The notes beneath the pieces are model-generated. The model was given only the letters and a program-made list of their open reading frames with translations. It ran no database searches and was not told the DNA's origin. A stretch of DNA of 64,000 bases from IMG/VR virus record IMGVR_UViG_3300023184_000037, positions 32,001 through 96,000 of that record. One strand, given 5' to 3'. How positions within the stretch are numbered: position 1 is the stretch's first letter; each line of letters opens with the position of its first letter. Origin of the DNA: a virus. This document shows positions 9,659 through 21,105 of this stretch, one piece after another. The translations under genes and the position numbers were made by a program.

Positions 9659-11479
9659 ATGACTGAATTAAAATTTTTATCAAAGGCCAGAATTAAGGCT
9701 ACTGAAATGATCGCCGATACTCGAACATATATTTCAAGAGTATATGGGCGATCAAGCGATTTATTTACAACAGCTTCGCCATATTCTCAGATACTTGAAG
9801 TATTAGCTGAAATTACTAATTTAGTATTCTTTTATATTGAAGATGCTACAGTTGAACAAAATATCCTAACAGCACAGGACCCTGAATCTATATATGGACT
9901 TGCAAGACTTGCAGGCCATGACGCATTTAGAGGTTCATCTGCGATAGGCGAATTAAAAATAAGACTAAATACAAGCGCATTTAATGATATTGAAGGAAGT
10001 ACATTAAATATACCTGCAAATTCAATAATCAAAGCAAGTAAAAACGGTTTAGAATATATCTTAAGAACTAACAATGACCAATTTGTAATTCAAAAAAGTA
10101 ACCCTGATTATATTTATATTCCGGTTATTCAGGGTAAAATTGAAAAACAAACCCTAACCGGGACTGGAGAAAAACTACAATCATTTAACGTAATTGTTAA
10201 AAAGAATACTGATAATGACTCTGTTAGAGTTAGTGTTAATAGTGAATTGTGGAGCAAATATGATTCTCTATACGATATGCAAGTTGGAACCAAAGGATAT
10301 ATGGTTAAAACTGGAATTACCGGAGGTCTAGATATTTATTTTGGTAATGGTTCATTTGGAGAAATTCCACCTATAGGTTCTACAATTGATATTGAATATA
10401 TTGTTTCAGAAGGGAGCAAAGGTAATTTAACAGGTTCTAAAGACCTTAATTTTAAATTTCAAACCGAAGGTTTTGACTCGCTTGGAAATTCATGTAACCT
10501 AAATAAATTATTAGAGGCTTCTTTTACAGTTGCACCTAACATGGGATCAGATCCTGAAAGTATTGAACTTACCAAATTGATTGCACCTCTGCAAAGTCAC
10601 TCATTTGTACTAGCAACTCCTGATAATTACGAGGCATTTCTTTCTAAGTATGGAATGTTTTCATATCTAGATGCGTACAATACTACAAATGATGGGTATA
10701 TTGATGACGATAACGTTATTTACCTATTCATGTTACCGGATACAAAAAGAAAACTGAGCAAAAATAACGACTATTTCAATCTGCACTTGGAGGAATTCTT
10801 TTTCTCAGAAGATGAAAAGAATGCATTCCTTACAACATTGGAAAATTCAGGTCGACAGATGGTAACTACTGAAGTTAAAATAGTAGAACCTAAGGCTCAA
10901 TATTTTAGAATGGACGTTAAGGTAAGATACTTTGAAGGTTATAATAAAGTTAACCTATTTGGGGAAATACGTTCAAAAATATCTGATTACTTAATTAATA
11001 TAACAAGAAGAGACCGTTTACCAAAATCCGATATTATTGCGCTATTAGAAGGTGTTGAAGGTATCGACTCGGTAAATGTACGATTTGTTTCTGAAAAGGA
11101 GGAAACTGCAAGAAGATTAGGTTATTACACTAGTGAAACTGTAACTGTAACTCCATCAACTACAACTCTTGAAGACATCGGAAATGGAAAACAAAAATAC
11201 GTTTTCTTTAAAAGAAACGTTCAAACAACCCTTGTTAATTTTGAACCAAATGCACCACTTCCAGAAAATGTAATTAACTTGGACTCTTTTGGAGATATTC
11301 TATTAGAGAAAGAAGAGGTTGCCCTATTCAGAGGAGGATGGGTAGATCGAGAAGGTGCAATGGTATTAGATGACGCAAAAGTTGGAGAGATGGCAGCACT
11401 ATCTGTTTACTTTGATGAACCTGCCGTACCAAATACTATTTTTAGTAGAGTACAGGCCCAAAATAGAAAAGCAATGTAA
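9659..11479 (+). CDS. Baseplate wedge subunit, gp6-like
   Basis: 'EQNILTAQDPESIYGLARLAGH', 'IYFGNGSFGEIPP', 'DPESIE', 'LATPDNYE' follow the gp6/baseplate-J pattern; follows gp25-like gene. Confidence 0.8.
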   Translation: MTELKFLSKARIKATEMIADTRTYISRVYGRSSDLFTTASPYSQILEVLAEITNLVFFYIEDATVEQNILTAQDPESIYGLARLAGHDAFRGSSAIGELKIRLNTSAFNDIEGSTLNIPANSIIKASKNGLEYILRTNNDQFVIQKSNPDYIYIPVIQGKIEKQTLTGTGEKLQSFNVIVKKNTDNDSVRVSVNSELWSKYDSLYDMQVGTKGYMVKTGITGGLDIYFGNGSFGEIPPIGSTIDIEYIVSEGSKGNLTGSKDLNFKFQTEGFDSLGNSCNLNKLLEASFTVAPNMGSDPESIELTKLIAPLQSHSFVLATPDNYEAFLSKYGMFSYLDAYNTTNDGYIDDDNVIYLFMLPDTKRKLSKNNDYFNLHLEEFFFSEDEKNAFLTTLENSGRQMVTTEVKIVEPKAQYFRMDVKVRYFEGYNKVNLFGEIRSKISDYLINITRRDRLPKSDIIALLEGVEGIDSVNVRFVSEKEETARRLGYYTSETVTVTPSTTTLEDIGNGKQKYVFFKRNVQTTLVNFEPNAPLPENVINLDSFGDILLEKEEVALFRGGWVDREGAMVLDDAKVGEMAALSVYFDEPAVPNTIFSRVQAQNRKAM

Positions 11480-11748
11480 TGGCTATTTTAAGTAATTTAT
11501 TTAAAGTTCGTAAAGTAAGGAGTTACGATACTCGACTTTCAGTAATGGATAAAAGATTACATGAAGGTAACGATTATCGAACAAACATATTGAGTAATTC
11601 AATATCGAAATATATACAACGAAATGATACAATGTATGATTTTATTGTGATGATGCAACATGTTGTCGCTGATTGGGTTGATTCTGTAACGTATTTAAAG
11701 GCATACAAATCATATACAATTAGAAAAGACGATAAAAAAGTTAAGTAA
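11479..11748 (+). CDS. Small hypothetical baseplate-region protein
   Basis: 89 aa, translationally coupled (TAATG) between wedge genes. Confidence 0.5.
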   Translation: MAILSNLFKVRKVRSYDTRLSVMDKRLHEGNDYRTNILSNSISKYIQRNDTMYDFIVMMQHVVADWVDSVTYLKAYKSYTIRKDDKKVK

Positions 11749-11750
11749 GA

Positions 11751-14738
11751 ATGGCAAATCAAAATTTAAGATTTTTTGATAGTGAATCAAATGACCTAAA
11801 CCTTCTATATAATTCAGATACGAATATATGGGAGGGAGTTTGTTATTTACCGAAAGTATCGACTGGACTATACGAAACTCTAACAATATACATATTAGAA
11901 CAGGTTGAAGGTGAGCTGGGAGGCGACAAGTTTATTACACCAATTGAAAGTAGCAATTCTGGCGGTTCCGGATCTAAGTTTAAATTCAAGTTTTTTAGTG
12001 GTTATGAATTTAGTGAAGACATATTTATGTACAGTGCTAAAAATAATAATGGAGTTCTTGAAATTCAAAAAGATGAGGTACAAATCCATAAAATATTAAC
12101 TCCAAATCAAGCAAATGTAGTAGGTACAAATGCCAATGGTTTTAAAATAATTGGTAGTAATGTTCCAATGATTCCTGTTAAGTGCAATGTTGCGCTTATG
12201 AGTGAGGAAGATAATTATCATACCAGAATTCTTGACATTTATGAATATACTAGTGGAGAACAAGATGGGCCAGAAGTATTAATTGCAAGCATTAGAATAT
12301 ATGGAGAAACAGAATCTGAAGACGAAAGACTTGGGGTTCTACTATCAAATATGGGAATGTCCCTATCTGAGGAAGAGTATATTATACTTAAAGATTCAAA
12401 CATTTTGGAGATGTCTCCAGACTGGATTTTAATGAATCAAAAGAGAAAGGAACTCTTGCTAGAGGCATCTCAAATACAACCATTTGTCGGTACGTATAAA
12501 GCCCTTCTAAATGCAATTGATTTTTACGGTTACAATAAAATAACAATCAAAGAATATTGGTTGAATATTAATGAACAGGCAGAAAACTTTGGAAAACTGC
12601 AAGCAATTGCACTTCCAAATCAAGACGCTGTTGGATTTCTTGCAAATAAAAATCAAGGAAACCAGTTGCCAAGTTCTAATTTAAAAAAGACTAGCAGATT
12701 TTCTCTTGTATACAGATTAAATGAAGCAGACGGAAATGTTGATGAATGGGATATCCCCACTGTAGTTGAATCGACTGATTACAGTCCAGATGAGGTACTT
12801 ATAAAACTATATGGACTTAAGAATAAATTACAAGAAAAGTACCTACCTCTCCAGGCTAAAATCGTAGATATTACAGGAGAAGGTGATTATTTTGCACAAT
12901 TTAATTTAAACGTTTGGAACAATCAGCACTTTATTAAAGACCAAACTGCTGGACAGAAGGTTGACTTTAGTAGATACCCAAAGGAGAGACAATTATATAT
13001 TGAAGACCTTAGAAAGGTTGATTATAGATTAACTGGAATTAACCAAGACTTTTCTGCTCTTGGTGTTAATACTAGAGAGGCGATAGCTAATTCTATTATA
13101 AATTTCTATGATGAATATTATTTTGATGAGCTGTCAAGCTTCAACACTCTTACTGGAATTCCAGTTGGATGTCCTATTGTTTTAAATGCGGACTCATTTA
13201 TTGGAAGTTGGGATTCTGCAGAATTTACATGGTTAGACGCTGGTAAAGATTATGTAGGTGGTGCAGTTGGATATAACTTTTTTGATGATTTTCCTCCACC
13301 CCCAACTGGATATCCCACAACTGGAGTTAGACCTAATACAATATGCCTTGGACCAACATGCCCGATACCAGTACCTATAGGAACTGTACCAGTAGGAACA
13401 GCGCCAACGGTAAACTTTACATATTGGGATTATTTGCATGCAAATGAACAATACATTTTATGTACATGGGATAATTGGTGGAGACAAGGTATATATGAAT
13501 TAGAATGGACAATACTTGGGCCTAGAGGTTATTCAAAATCTTTTAGAGGACCTGTTGGATTCTACGATATTACTGGAACATTCCGCCCACGATATCAACA
13601 ATTTCCTGTAGTACTTCCATATGCTGGAACATACTCTGTTGAATTGTCTATATTTGACCTTTATAATGTTCGAAGTTCTTATAGAAAGCCTGACTATTTT
13701 GAAGTTAAAAACAAAAATGTTGAAGTTTACGGAATATTCCAAAGAATGTTACCACAATTAAATTGGAACGAGTACAAGTACGATTACGATGTTGCAGGTA
13801 GTGACTGGGATTGGGCTAGAGAGAATACAATCGATGTTGATAGTGTTATCGCAACATATTATTTAACGTTAGACCGGGCCAACTATGTTCACGACGAAGA
13901 GAATGGTGTAGAGTTTTCTACAGTGCGAAGATATGTTGACCCAAATACGGTGACAGGATTTAATGAAACTGCAGGACCATATCAGTGGAGAGCCTTAAGA
14001 ACTCAATTATGGGAAGATGGCGAAGAAGTTAACTGGGACATGATGAGAGTTGGAGCAGATATTAACTCATCGTTTAAGATAGATTTAAGACAATCTGGAG
14101 GTTATAATAATGGTTATGAGTTTTATATAACTCAATATGATGTAAATTCAAACTTATTAATTACCGATTCTTATGAAATACAATCCCCATATCCAATTGA
14201 CGATAATGATTTAGCAGCATGGAGCGCTATTGCAAATGAACTTTCTCAATTAGATCCGGTAGCGCATCCAATCTTGACCAAATTTAATTACAATCCAATC
14301 TTGATCGATACCAATAATAATGGAACTGAAGATACTTGCGAATACATATTGGTAGTTGGTGAAGAACCTTCTAGAACCCATGATTATTTTAGTGTTGGAT
14401 TTAACAATGTAGCGGGTGGAGAAGTAGTTGCAGGATCTGAACTTCATTTTGAAAGTTACAATCCAAATTATCATGACATTTGCGTCATCGATAGTCACAT
14501 GAATGTTAAGCGATTAAATCATGTTACATTTTCATACGATACTACTAATATGCCAGGAATCGTTAAACAAGAGTGGACTCTTAAAAATAATAACGAGAAT
14601 GTAAATGATATATATTATAGTAATACATGGCTGACATACCTATTCAAACACAAAGGTGATTACACTGTTGAATTAGAACTGACCGACGTGAATGGAAATA
14701 AAAACAAAATAAATAAAAATATATTAAAAATCATTTAA
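11751..14738 (+). CDS. Baseplate wedge protein, gp7-like, with PKD-like domains
   Basis: 'GTYKALLNAIDFYGY..ITIKEYW' tail-I/gp7-like motif; PKD-like 'YAGTYSVELSIFD' and 'HKGDYTVELELTDVNGNK'. Confidence 0.6.
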   Translation: MANQNLRFFDSESNDLNLLYNSDTNIWEGVCYLPKVSTGLYETLTIYILEQVEGELGGDKFITPIESSNSGGSGSKFKFKFFSGYEFSEDIFMYSAKNNNGVLEIQKDEVQIHKILTPNQANVVGTNANGFKIIGSNVPMIPVKCNVALMSEEDNYHTRILDIYEYTSGEQDGPEVLIASIRIYGETESEDERLGVLLSNMGMSLSEEEYIILKDSNILEMSPDWILMNQKRKELLLEASQIQPFVGTYKALLNAIDFYGYNKITIKEYWLNINEQAENFGKLQAIALPNQDAVGFLANKNQGNQLPSSNLKKTSRFSLVYRLNEADGNVDEWDIPTVVESTDYSPDEVLIKLYGLKNKLQEKYLPLQAKIVDITGEGDYFAQFNLNVWNNQHFIKDQTAGQKVDFSRYPKERQLYIEDLRKVDYRLTGINQDFSALGVNTREAIANSIINFYDEYYFDELSSFNTLTGIPVGCPIVLNADSFIGSWDSAEFTWLDAGKDYVGGAVGYNFFDDFPPPPTGYPTTGVRPNTICLGPTCPIPVPIGTVPVGTAPTVNFTYWDYLHANEQYILCTWDNWWRQGIYELEWTILGPRGYSKSFRGPVGFYDITGTFRPRYQQFPVVLPYAGTYSVELSIFDLYNVRSSYRKPDYFEVKNKNVEVYGIFQRMLPQLNWNEYKYDYDVAGSDWDWARENTIDVDSVIATYYLTLDRANYVHDEENGVEFSTVRRYVDPNTVTGFNETAGPYQWRALRTQLWEDGEEVNWDMMRVGADINSSFKIDLRQSGGYNNGYEFYITQYDVNSNLLITDSYEIQSPYPIDDNDLAAWSAIANELSQLDPVAHPILTKFNYNPILIDTNNNGTEDTCEYILVVGEEPSRTHDYFSVGFNNVAGGEVVAGSELHFESYNPNYHDICVIDSHMNVKRLNHVTFSYDTTNMPGIVKQEWTLKNNNENVNDIYYSNTWLTYLFKHKGDYTVELELTDVNGNKNKINKNILKII

Positions 14739-14739
14739 A

Positions 14740-15345
14740 ATGGCAAGTATAACAACAATCCTAGGAACCGACAGTGTTTCTTCATCTAGAATCGTAATTA
14801 ATAATAATTTTGCAGCTCTTAATCAAGATTTAGCAGACATTCAATCATTCTTAAATACGACAAATCAAACACTTACATTAACTGGACAAATTCAAGGTGG
14901 TACACTAAGAGTTAATAATGGTTCTATCGATCTTTTTAAAGTTGATGCGAATGAAGTTAATGTTAATTTACCGATCAAGTTAAATCAAAATACTTATATT
15001 GAGAAAGGATTAATGCATAACGTATACTACAATGCAATTAATTTACCTGCTGCTAATGCGTATGCGTATACTACTTACGTTTTAGATGCAACTAACGTAT
15101 TTTGGGCAAGTACACAATTATTGAATGCTGCTGAAGATGGCCAAGAGGTTACATTTATTGCAAATGGAGGAACTCAACCAATTAAATTTAACCAAAGTAA
15201 TATACTAGGAATTGTACAGCCTGTTCAAATATTAACAGGAGGTTCATTGACACTAAGATATATTGCTAGCATCAGTAAATTTGTTATAGTATCTGCGTTC
15301 AGATGTACAATACAGGGATTTGACTCTATTGTTGATTTAATATAA
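14740..15345 (+). CDS. Short fibre/baseplate appendage protein
   Basis: N-terminal 'ILGTDSVSSSRIVINNNFAAL' anchor motif related to the fibre N-termini (KINYNFDQL). Confidence 0.5.
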   Translation: MASITTILGTDSVSSSRIVINNNFAALNQDLADIQSFLNTTNQTLTLTGQIQGGTLRVNNGSIDLFKVDANEVNVNLPIKLNQNTYIEKGLMHNVYYNAINLPAANAYAYTTYVLDATNVFWASTQLLNAAEDGQEVTFIANGGTQPIKFNQSNILGIVQPVQILTGGSLTLRYIASISKFVIVSAFRCTIQGFDSIVDLI

Positions 15346-15365
15346 ATATAAACCTAATTGCGTAA

Positions 15366-17312
15366 ATGGCAACACCATTAATAAGAATACCCCAAGAACA
15401 GGGAGGTACATTGTATGCATTTTCAAGTGCTGCTCGAGATTTAACAAGGGCTTACTATAATCCCGATATAAATTTTGAGTACTCTAAATTTGCATTGATA
15501 GATATCCCAGTGGTATCAGCACCTTCTCCGGGTAGCGGAGAAAACTTTATACAATTTGACAATTTATATGAAGGTGGATCCCTTCCTCCTGGTGGACAAG
15601 CGCCATCATATACTCCTGATGGAAATGCAAATGTTGATTTTGCACAGACTCTACAGAACTATGCACTTAATTTTGAGAATTTTGTACTAACTGACGACGA
15701 TTTTGATAATGCAATCTATTCTACAGATGCAGAAAAAATATTGTTTAAATGGTTACATCATTTAGGAGCTTTTGAGGTTAAAGCCGCAAATTCTCAACAA
15801 GTTGTTAGTGGATATTCTAGAGCTATTGAAAATGAAGAGACTACCGACACTGGTAATAATTATTCTAGAGTTGTAAAATATGTTGGAAATATCGACGTTT
15901 CAAATGATAAAAATTATCAAGGAAACACTTACAATGAAATATTTGTAAATGTTCCATCTTCAGTAGGTTATACTCCTGAGATATTATTTAAGTCTACTCC
16001 TTATAATACAACTGCAACTGCGTACCAACCTGATAGTGAAATTAATGGAAGAAGCGGACAAACGCATCCTGATGCTTTTTTAGATTTATATTCTTTAGCA
16101 GATCAGGACAACGGTAAGATTAATTTAGACCCAGTAAACTTATATAACTATGGTATTGAATGGAATACTTCAGTATATGCTAAAATTGCAAACGATCCAC
16201 AGGTTCATAACTTTTTAGATTATTCTAAAAGAGGAGGAGACTTTAGATTTAACGCAATACTAGTTTATTATGACCTATATTCAAAATCAAATATTGCCAA
16301 TAAGTCTACTAATCTTTATGGTATATTAATATTAGATAACTTCAAGGACGATCCAATTAATAATGGATGGTATATACCTGAACTGACTAAATATAAACCA
16401 AATGACGTTACTGGACTTAATGGTAATGCATTTGCCCTTAAATTAAATGTAAAATTTAACTCTTCTCTGGATAATGTAGGTGTTGAACTAAATATTAACG
16501 ACTACTCTACATTTTCGATGGATATTTTCTTGGACACGACAACTGCCCTTGAAAATGCTGCTAAACTATTAGTTGATGCTGCAAATTCTTATGGTGCAAT
16601 TGCTGAAAGAGTAGCCTACTTAGAAAATTTAGTTGCATCTAGTACTTCAACTGATTATTCTACTAAGATTACAGCATTAGAAGCTGCTGTTGAAAGTGCA
16701 TCTTTAAATTATGCATCTTCAACTTCAATTCTGGATATGATTACTTCGGTAAATAAGAGGTTAAATCAAATGATTAGCGGGGTTATTCCTACCGAAATTC
16801 AATACAACACAAATGTACTTGGAGCTGGAGATGGAATAAAAATCGACAAGTCAAATCCTAGCATGATTAAAATAGTTAATGACAATAATGGTTATACATT
16901 AAATGCTGTTTTTAATTATGACTACATATCGGGAACTTCAGGTTCTCTAATTGCTCCAAGTAATTTATTTAACTTAAATCTTACTGCATCTACCGGCTTA
17001 ATTACTAGAATTAAACCATTTGAAAATCTAATTAGAATAAACACTAATACGGGTACAATGACCGGAGACTTGAATATATACTTAGATGACAGTATTAATA
17101 CTTGGAAAAATGGGCAAACTGTTAAGTTTTCTTTTAGAAATCAATTGCCAAATTTAGGAAGTTACAAAATAAATATATACACTGACAAAAATAACGGTTA
17201 CGTGTTAAAATCTTCTATACTTAGCGGTGATTTATTAAGCCAAAAACCTTACTTTGAATTAATATGTATAGATGAAATAAACAAGACATTTGAACTTGAA
17301 ATAATAAGATAA
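15366..17312 (+). CDS. Virion structural protein (baseplate region)
   Basis: 648 aa in continuous structural operon; short coiled coil. Confidence 0.5.
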   Translation: MATPLIRIPQEQGGTLYAFSSAARDLTRAYYNPDINFEYSKFALIDIPVVSAPSPGSGENFIQFDNLYEGGSLPPGGQAPSYTPDGNANVDFAQTLQNYALNFENFVLTDDDFDNAIYSTDAEKILFKWLHHLGAFEVKAANSQQVVSGYSRAIENEETTDTGNNYSRVVKYVGNIDVSNDKNYQGNTYNEIFVNVPSSVGYTPEILFKSTPYNTTATAYQPDSEINGRSGQTHPDAFLDLYSLADQDNGKINLDPVNLYNYGIEWNTSVYAKIANDPQVHNFLDYSKRGGDFRFNAILVYYDLYSKSNIANKSTNLYGILILDNFKDDPINNGWYIPELTKYKPNDVTGLNGNAFALKLNVKFNSSLDNVGVELNINDYSTFSMDIFLDTTTALENAAKLLVDAANSYGAIAERVAYLENLVASSTSTDYSTKITALEAAVESASLNYASSTSILDMITSVNKRLNQMISGVIPTEIQYNTNVLGAGDGIKIDKSNPSMIKIVNDNNGYTLNAVFNYDYISGTSGSLIAPSNLFNLNLTASTGLITRIKPFENLIRINTNTGTMTGDLNIYLDDSINTWKNGQTVKFSFRNQLPNLGSYKINIYTDKNNGYVLKSSILSGDLLSQKPYFELICIDEINKTFELEIIR

Positions 17313-17313
17313 T

Positions 17314-20300
17314 ATGAGCGCTAGCAATTCAATATCACATTTACTTGAACAGTTTCTTGAGTTAAACACTAACTCATTAGAAACTTTTAAAAGAATTAAT
17401 GAAGCTATAACTACTGACAAGGAAACTGTCAGTATTGACCTTTTTAATAGTAAGACTAATAAGATGGAAACTATTCAAATACCTGCTTTTGGGTACTTGA
17501 AGAGAGAAATTGATCGTTTGAATGGCAACATAAGTTCTATTAGTGGGCTTGAAGGTTCTAATGCAAATGTAAGATTAAAGGACGGTACTTTTAGAACTAT
17601 CCATACTTCAAGATTAAAAGGACCATCTCCTTCTATTACAACTCTTGCATCTCCTACCCAGTTTTCAACTAAGTTAAATGATTTCTTTGAAAACTTTTTA
17701 AATCCCCTACTTACAATTAATTTAGATGTAAGTGGACAAATTCCTGTAGAAACTGAAAAGGTATATGTTGAACGTTACATATTTAATGAAAATGACCTAG
17801 CGTCAGTTACTGCTTTTGATGAACTTTATAGAGGTGGTAGTGAAATTGTATATGCTGATTTTAAAAATCAATTAACAGTTAATAACTTTGTTCACTATTT
17901 AGATTCTCAAGTTATTGATATGCCAATTAGAAAAATTCAATACACTGGATTTTTTGATGTGGTTAAAATTGACAATGCACAAAAAACTGTTGCTATTGAC
18001 GGAACAACTCAAACTAAAACCGTTAAATTATTTACGCTTAACAAGTTAACTTTTACTGATTCAACTAAAGCCCTAAAAGATACTGAAACCCTAAAAACTG
18101 GAGATTCTCTTATTGTAAACTCTGGTAGTTATAGAACAAGATACCAAATCCTTTCTATAGATGGTTCTACTTCTCAAGTTGAACTACTATTACTTGAAGG
18201 TTCGGAACCTATTAAACTTGGAGTTGACCAACTTGGAATTTACAAATCAGTAGATACTGATTTGAATATTGAAATCAATGTTGCATTTAACGAAAGACAG
18301 GTTATTTTTGTTAAACCAATCGATCCTATTTCTAAAATACCTGCTGAGAATTTTTCACCAGGGGTTGGATTCTATTCTAATAGTTTAGAAATGAACGACG
18401 AGGCTGGTAATAAAATGACCCTAGCCGAATATTATAAAAATGAAGTTGCAGATTTTGGACAATTCCTTAAATCGCTAAAGGTAGATTACATTCCACCTGC
18501 AGCATCTGGAATTAAGCCAACACCTCCAGTTATTAATGTTGAAAACTTTAAAGTTGTTCAAATTAATAAGCACTTAACAGACAATACGACAACCGATAAA
18601 ATTAAACAATTAAAGTCTGATAAATCATCGACAGAGCAATCATTAAAACAACTTGACGAATCGATTAAACAGAAAAAATCTTTAATTAATACTAAGAAGT
18701 TTGCCTCTCAAGCGGAGAGCGATACTCATAAAAATGAATTAAGTTCACTTGTTTCTCAAAGAGAATCTGAGTCAAAACTTTTCTCATCTGTTGTTAGCGA
18801 AATTAAATCTTCAGCGGAATCTGCAGATTTACAAACAGCCGCTCCAAAATATAAAGTTAGAGGATTCTGGTCAGTTCCAGAGCCGAAAACAGTTGGAAAT
18901 CAAGTATCGCAAGAAGTCGTACAATTTAAAATTAGATATCGTTACGTTTCTACTTCAGGGAAAACTTCAAATGTTGACCAATTAAAATTTGTCGATGCAA
19001 CAAACCAAACTGAGAAAACAGCTGCTTTTTCAAATTGGGTAGAAGTTCTTGGACCTGTTAGAAAGAGAGCAATGAATGCCAAAGGAAAATATGGTTGGAT
19101 TCTTGAGAGCGAAGAGGATGCTAATGCAGTAAACTTTAACTCTTTCGATATATCAATTAACCCAGGAGAGGTTGTTGAATTTATGATTAAGTCAATTTCA
19201 GAAGCTGGATTCCCTGCGAATCCTATAGAATCTGACTGGTCTCCAATTCAAAAAATAGAATTTCCACAAGGTCAGATTAATACCGACAGTTTAGGAAATG
19301 TTATTAAAGCAAATGAACTTGACCTATTAAAAGTACAAATCCAACAGGACTTAGAATCTGCAGGTGTATTTAAACACGTTGGAGAATCTTTTACAGTTGG
19401 AAGTCAAACTTTTGCGCATAGTGCTAACACAATATCTTCTGGATTTATTACTGATAACCAGGCTCCGATCACTGTTTATGAAAAGTTATTAGCTCTTCAA
19501 AACGAGATTCTAAGCTTAAGAGCCTTTATTGAAAAAACTTCTGGAGAATTACTTGTAAGAATTATTGATGAAAACGGAAACGTTACACCAGTAACAAACC
19601 ATTCAACTGTACAGTTGTTTGCGGGTTATTATAGTCAAGAAATTCCTGCAGTTAATGGAAAAGGTGCAATTGTAACTAAAAACTTTAAAATTGAACTATC
19701 AAACACTAAAGCGACAGACCTTGAGTTAATATCAAGAATTGTAGGAGATACTACGCAACCTGCTGCAGTTTCTTCAATGAATACGCGATTTGGATTATAC
19801 AAACCGCCAACTGCTTCAGTTCCAAATCCAGTAGATCCGGTTTATGGAAGTGATACATACTACACTATAGAAGGTAAATATGATTTAGTTCCAGTTGTTT
19901 ATCAAAATATTAGTAATGTGAATGAAGACTATATTAATAGCGGACCAGATCAGTCTTCTCAGTTAAAGGGACAATTTATCTACTCTAGATTTAGAAATAT
20001 TGCAAATGACGATAATTTATATGTAATTAATGAAGGTGTTGATGGAGACGGTGATATTAATACTGCACTACCTAGTACCGACGCTGGTATAAATACCGCT
20101 TATGATAAATATGAGTATGGAATTTCGTACAATCTTACTGGTATTCCTCCTGCTGACCCAGTAACTGGATTTAAAAACTTTGCAAGTGCTGTTGAAGTAC
20201 CATTTACAACTACAACAACTAGTCCAAATGATTTTGTTTGGGCTGGAAGTTATACAGGAGGAACGATAACAGCGCCTAGTGGTGCTCCTAAGAAAGTTGC

Positions 20301-21039
20301 AATTGGAATATCTGGAGTAACTTATTCTCAGTATTCTAATGGTATTTATTTACACGTTGACCATCCTCTTCTACAGAGTTTTAATACTCTTAAGAATATT
20401 GTAAGTGATGGAATGGTTGGAATGCCTAAAACTGCCCCTTTAAGAGCAACTGATGCGCATGGTAAAAAACAAACTCCATTTAGAATAATTGAAAGTATAA
20501 GTACTAATACACCTACTCCAAATACTCTAGGTTTAAGAGGAACTGCTAAGGCTGGATTCTCACCAGAAGACCAATACTTATTAGGTGGTCGATCATGCGG
20601 ATCTTTCCTTTATATTTCTCCACTAAATACTAATTCGTTAGTAGTAGATGCTTCTAATAAAAGTGGTAAAAAAATGATTCCTGGAGGAAGTGCTAATGCT
20701 ATAACAGTAGATTTGGTTTTCCAATATCGTATGACTGATTATTATGGACCTAAAGCTTCCGGAACCGGTAGAATTGGAGGAGTATTAGACAACACATTCA
20801 CAAATTTAAGTTATGCTAAAAAAATCGGAATAGATATTATCGATTTTGGAGGTAATGATTTTAAATTTGATGTAGAAGTTACTGCTAAATACGCTGCTGA
20901 AGGTAGAAATATTAACAATGTGACTAGTACAATGTTAACTAGATACAGAACAAACTGGCAACCAGGAAGAGGAAGACGTAGATTTTTATCTGATAATTTC
21001 ATGAATCTTTCATTTCCAGATATTAATCAGTACTACTAA
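17314..21039 (+). CDS. Large virion structural protein
   Basis: 1241 aa, coiled coils and beta-rich segments, structural operon. Confidence 0.5.
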   Translation: MSASNSISHLLEQFLELNTNSLETFKRINEAITTDKETVSIDLFNSKTNKMETIQIPAFGYLKREIDRLNGNISSISGLEGSNANVRLKDGTFRTIHTSRLKGPSPSITTLASPTQFSTKLNDFFENFLNPLLTINLDVSGQIPVETEKVYVERYIFNENDLASVTAFDELYRGGSEIVYADFKNQLTVNNFVHYLDSQVIDMPIRKIQYTGFFDVVKIDNAQKTVAIDGTTQTKTVKLFTLNKLTFTDSTKALKDTETLKTGDSLIVNSGSYRTRYQILSIDGSTSQVELLLLEGSEPIKLGVDQLGIYKSVDTDLNIEINVAFNERQVIFVKPIDPISKIPAENFSPGVGFYSNSLEMNDEAGNKMTLAEYYKNEVADFGQFLKSLKVDYIPPAASGIKPTPPVINVENFKVVQINKHLTDNTTTDKIKQLKSDKSSTEQSLKQLDESIKQKKSLINTKKFASQAESDTHKNELSSLVSQRESESKLFSSVVSEIKSSAESADLQTAAPKYKVRGFWSVPEPKTVGNQVSQEVVQFKIRYRYVSTSGKTSNVDQLKFVDATNQTEKTAAFSNWVEVLGPVRKRAMNAKGKYGWILESEEDANAVNFNSFDISINPGEVVEFMIKSISEAGFPANPIESDWSPIQKIEFPQGQINTDSLGNVIKANELDLLKVQIQQDLESAGVFKHVGESFTVGSQTFAHSANTISSGFITDNQAPITVYEKLLALQNEILSLRAFIEKTSGELLVRIIDENGNVTPVTNHSTVQLFAGYYSQEIPAVNGKGAIVTKNFKIELSNTKATDLELISRIVGDTTQPAAVSSMNTRFGLYKPPTASVPNPVDPVYGSDTYYTIEGKYDLVPVVYQNISNVNEDYINSGPDQSSQLKGQFIYSRFRNIANDDNLYVINEGVDGDGDINTALPSTDAGINTAYDKYEYGISYNLTGIPPADPVTGFKNFASAVEVPFTTTTTSPNDFVWAGSYTGGTITAPSGAPKKVAIGISGVTYSQYSNGIYLHVDHPLLQSFNTLKNIVSDGMVGMPKTAPLRATDAHGKKQTPFRIIESISTNTPTPNTLGLRGTAKAGFSPEDQYLLGGRSCGSFLYISPLNTNSLVVDASNKSGKKMIPGGSANAITVDLVFQYRMTDYYGPKASGTGRIGGVLDNTFTNLSYAKKIGIDIIDFGGNDFKFDVEVTAKYAAEGRNINNVTSTMLTRYRTNWQPGRGRRRFLSDNFMNLSFPDINQYY

Positions 21040-21105
21040 GAACTCTACCTCTTATATTGTTCCATAATCTGGGATATATAATATAAATAAAAAGAGGTGT
21101 CCTAA

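Noticed and set aside
13280-13420. Pro-rich inserts in baseplate proteins (also ~24370-24430) as inteins or mobile inserts
   Set aside because: Short low-complexity loops without intein splice motifs or endonuclease signatures.
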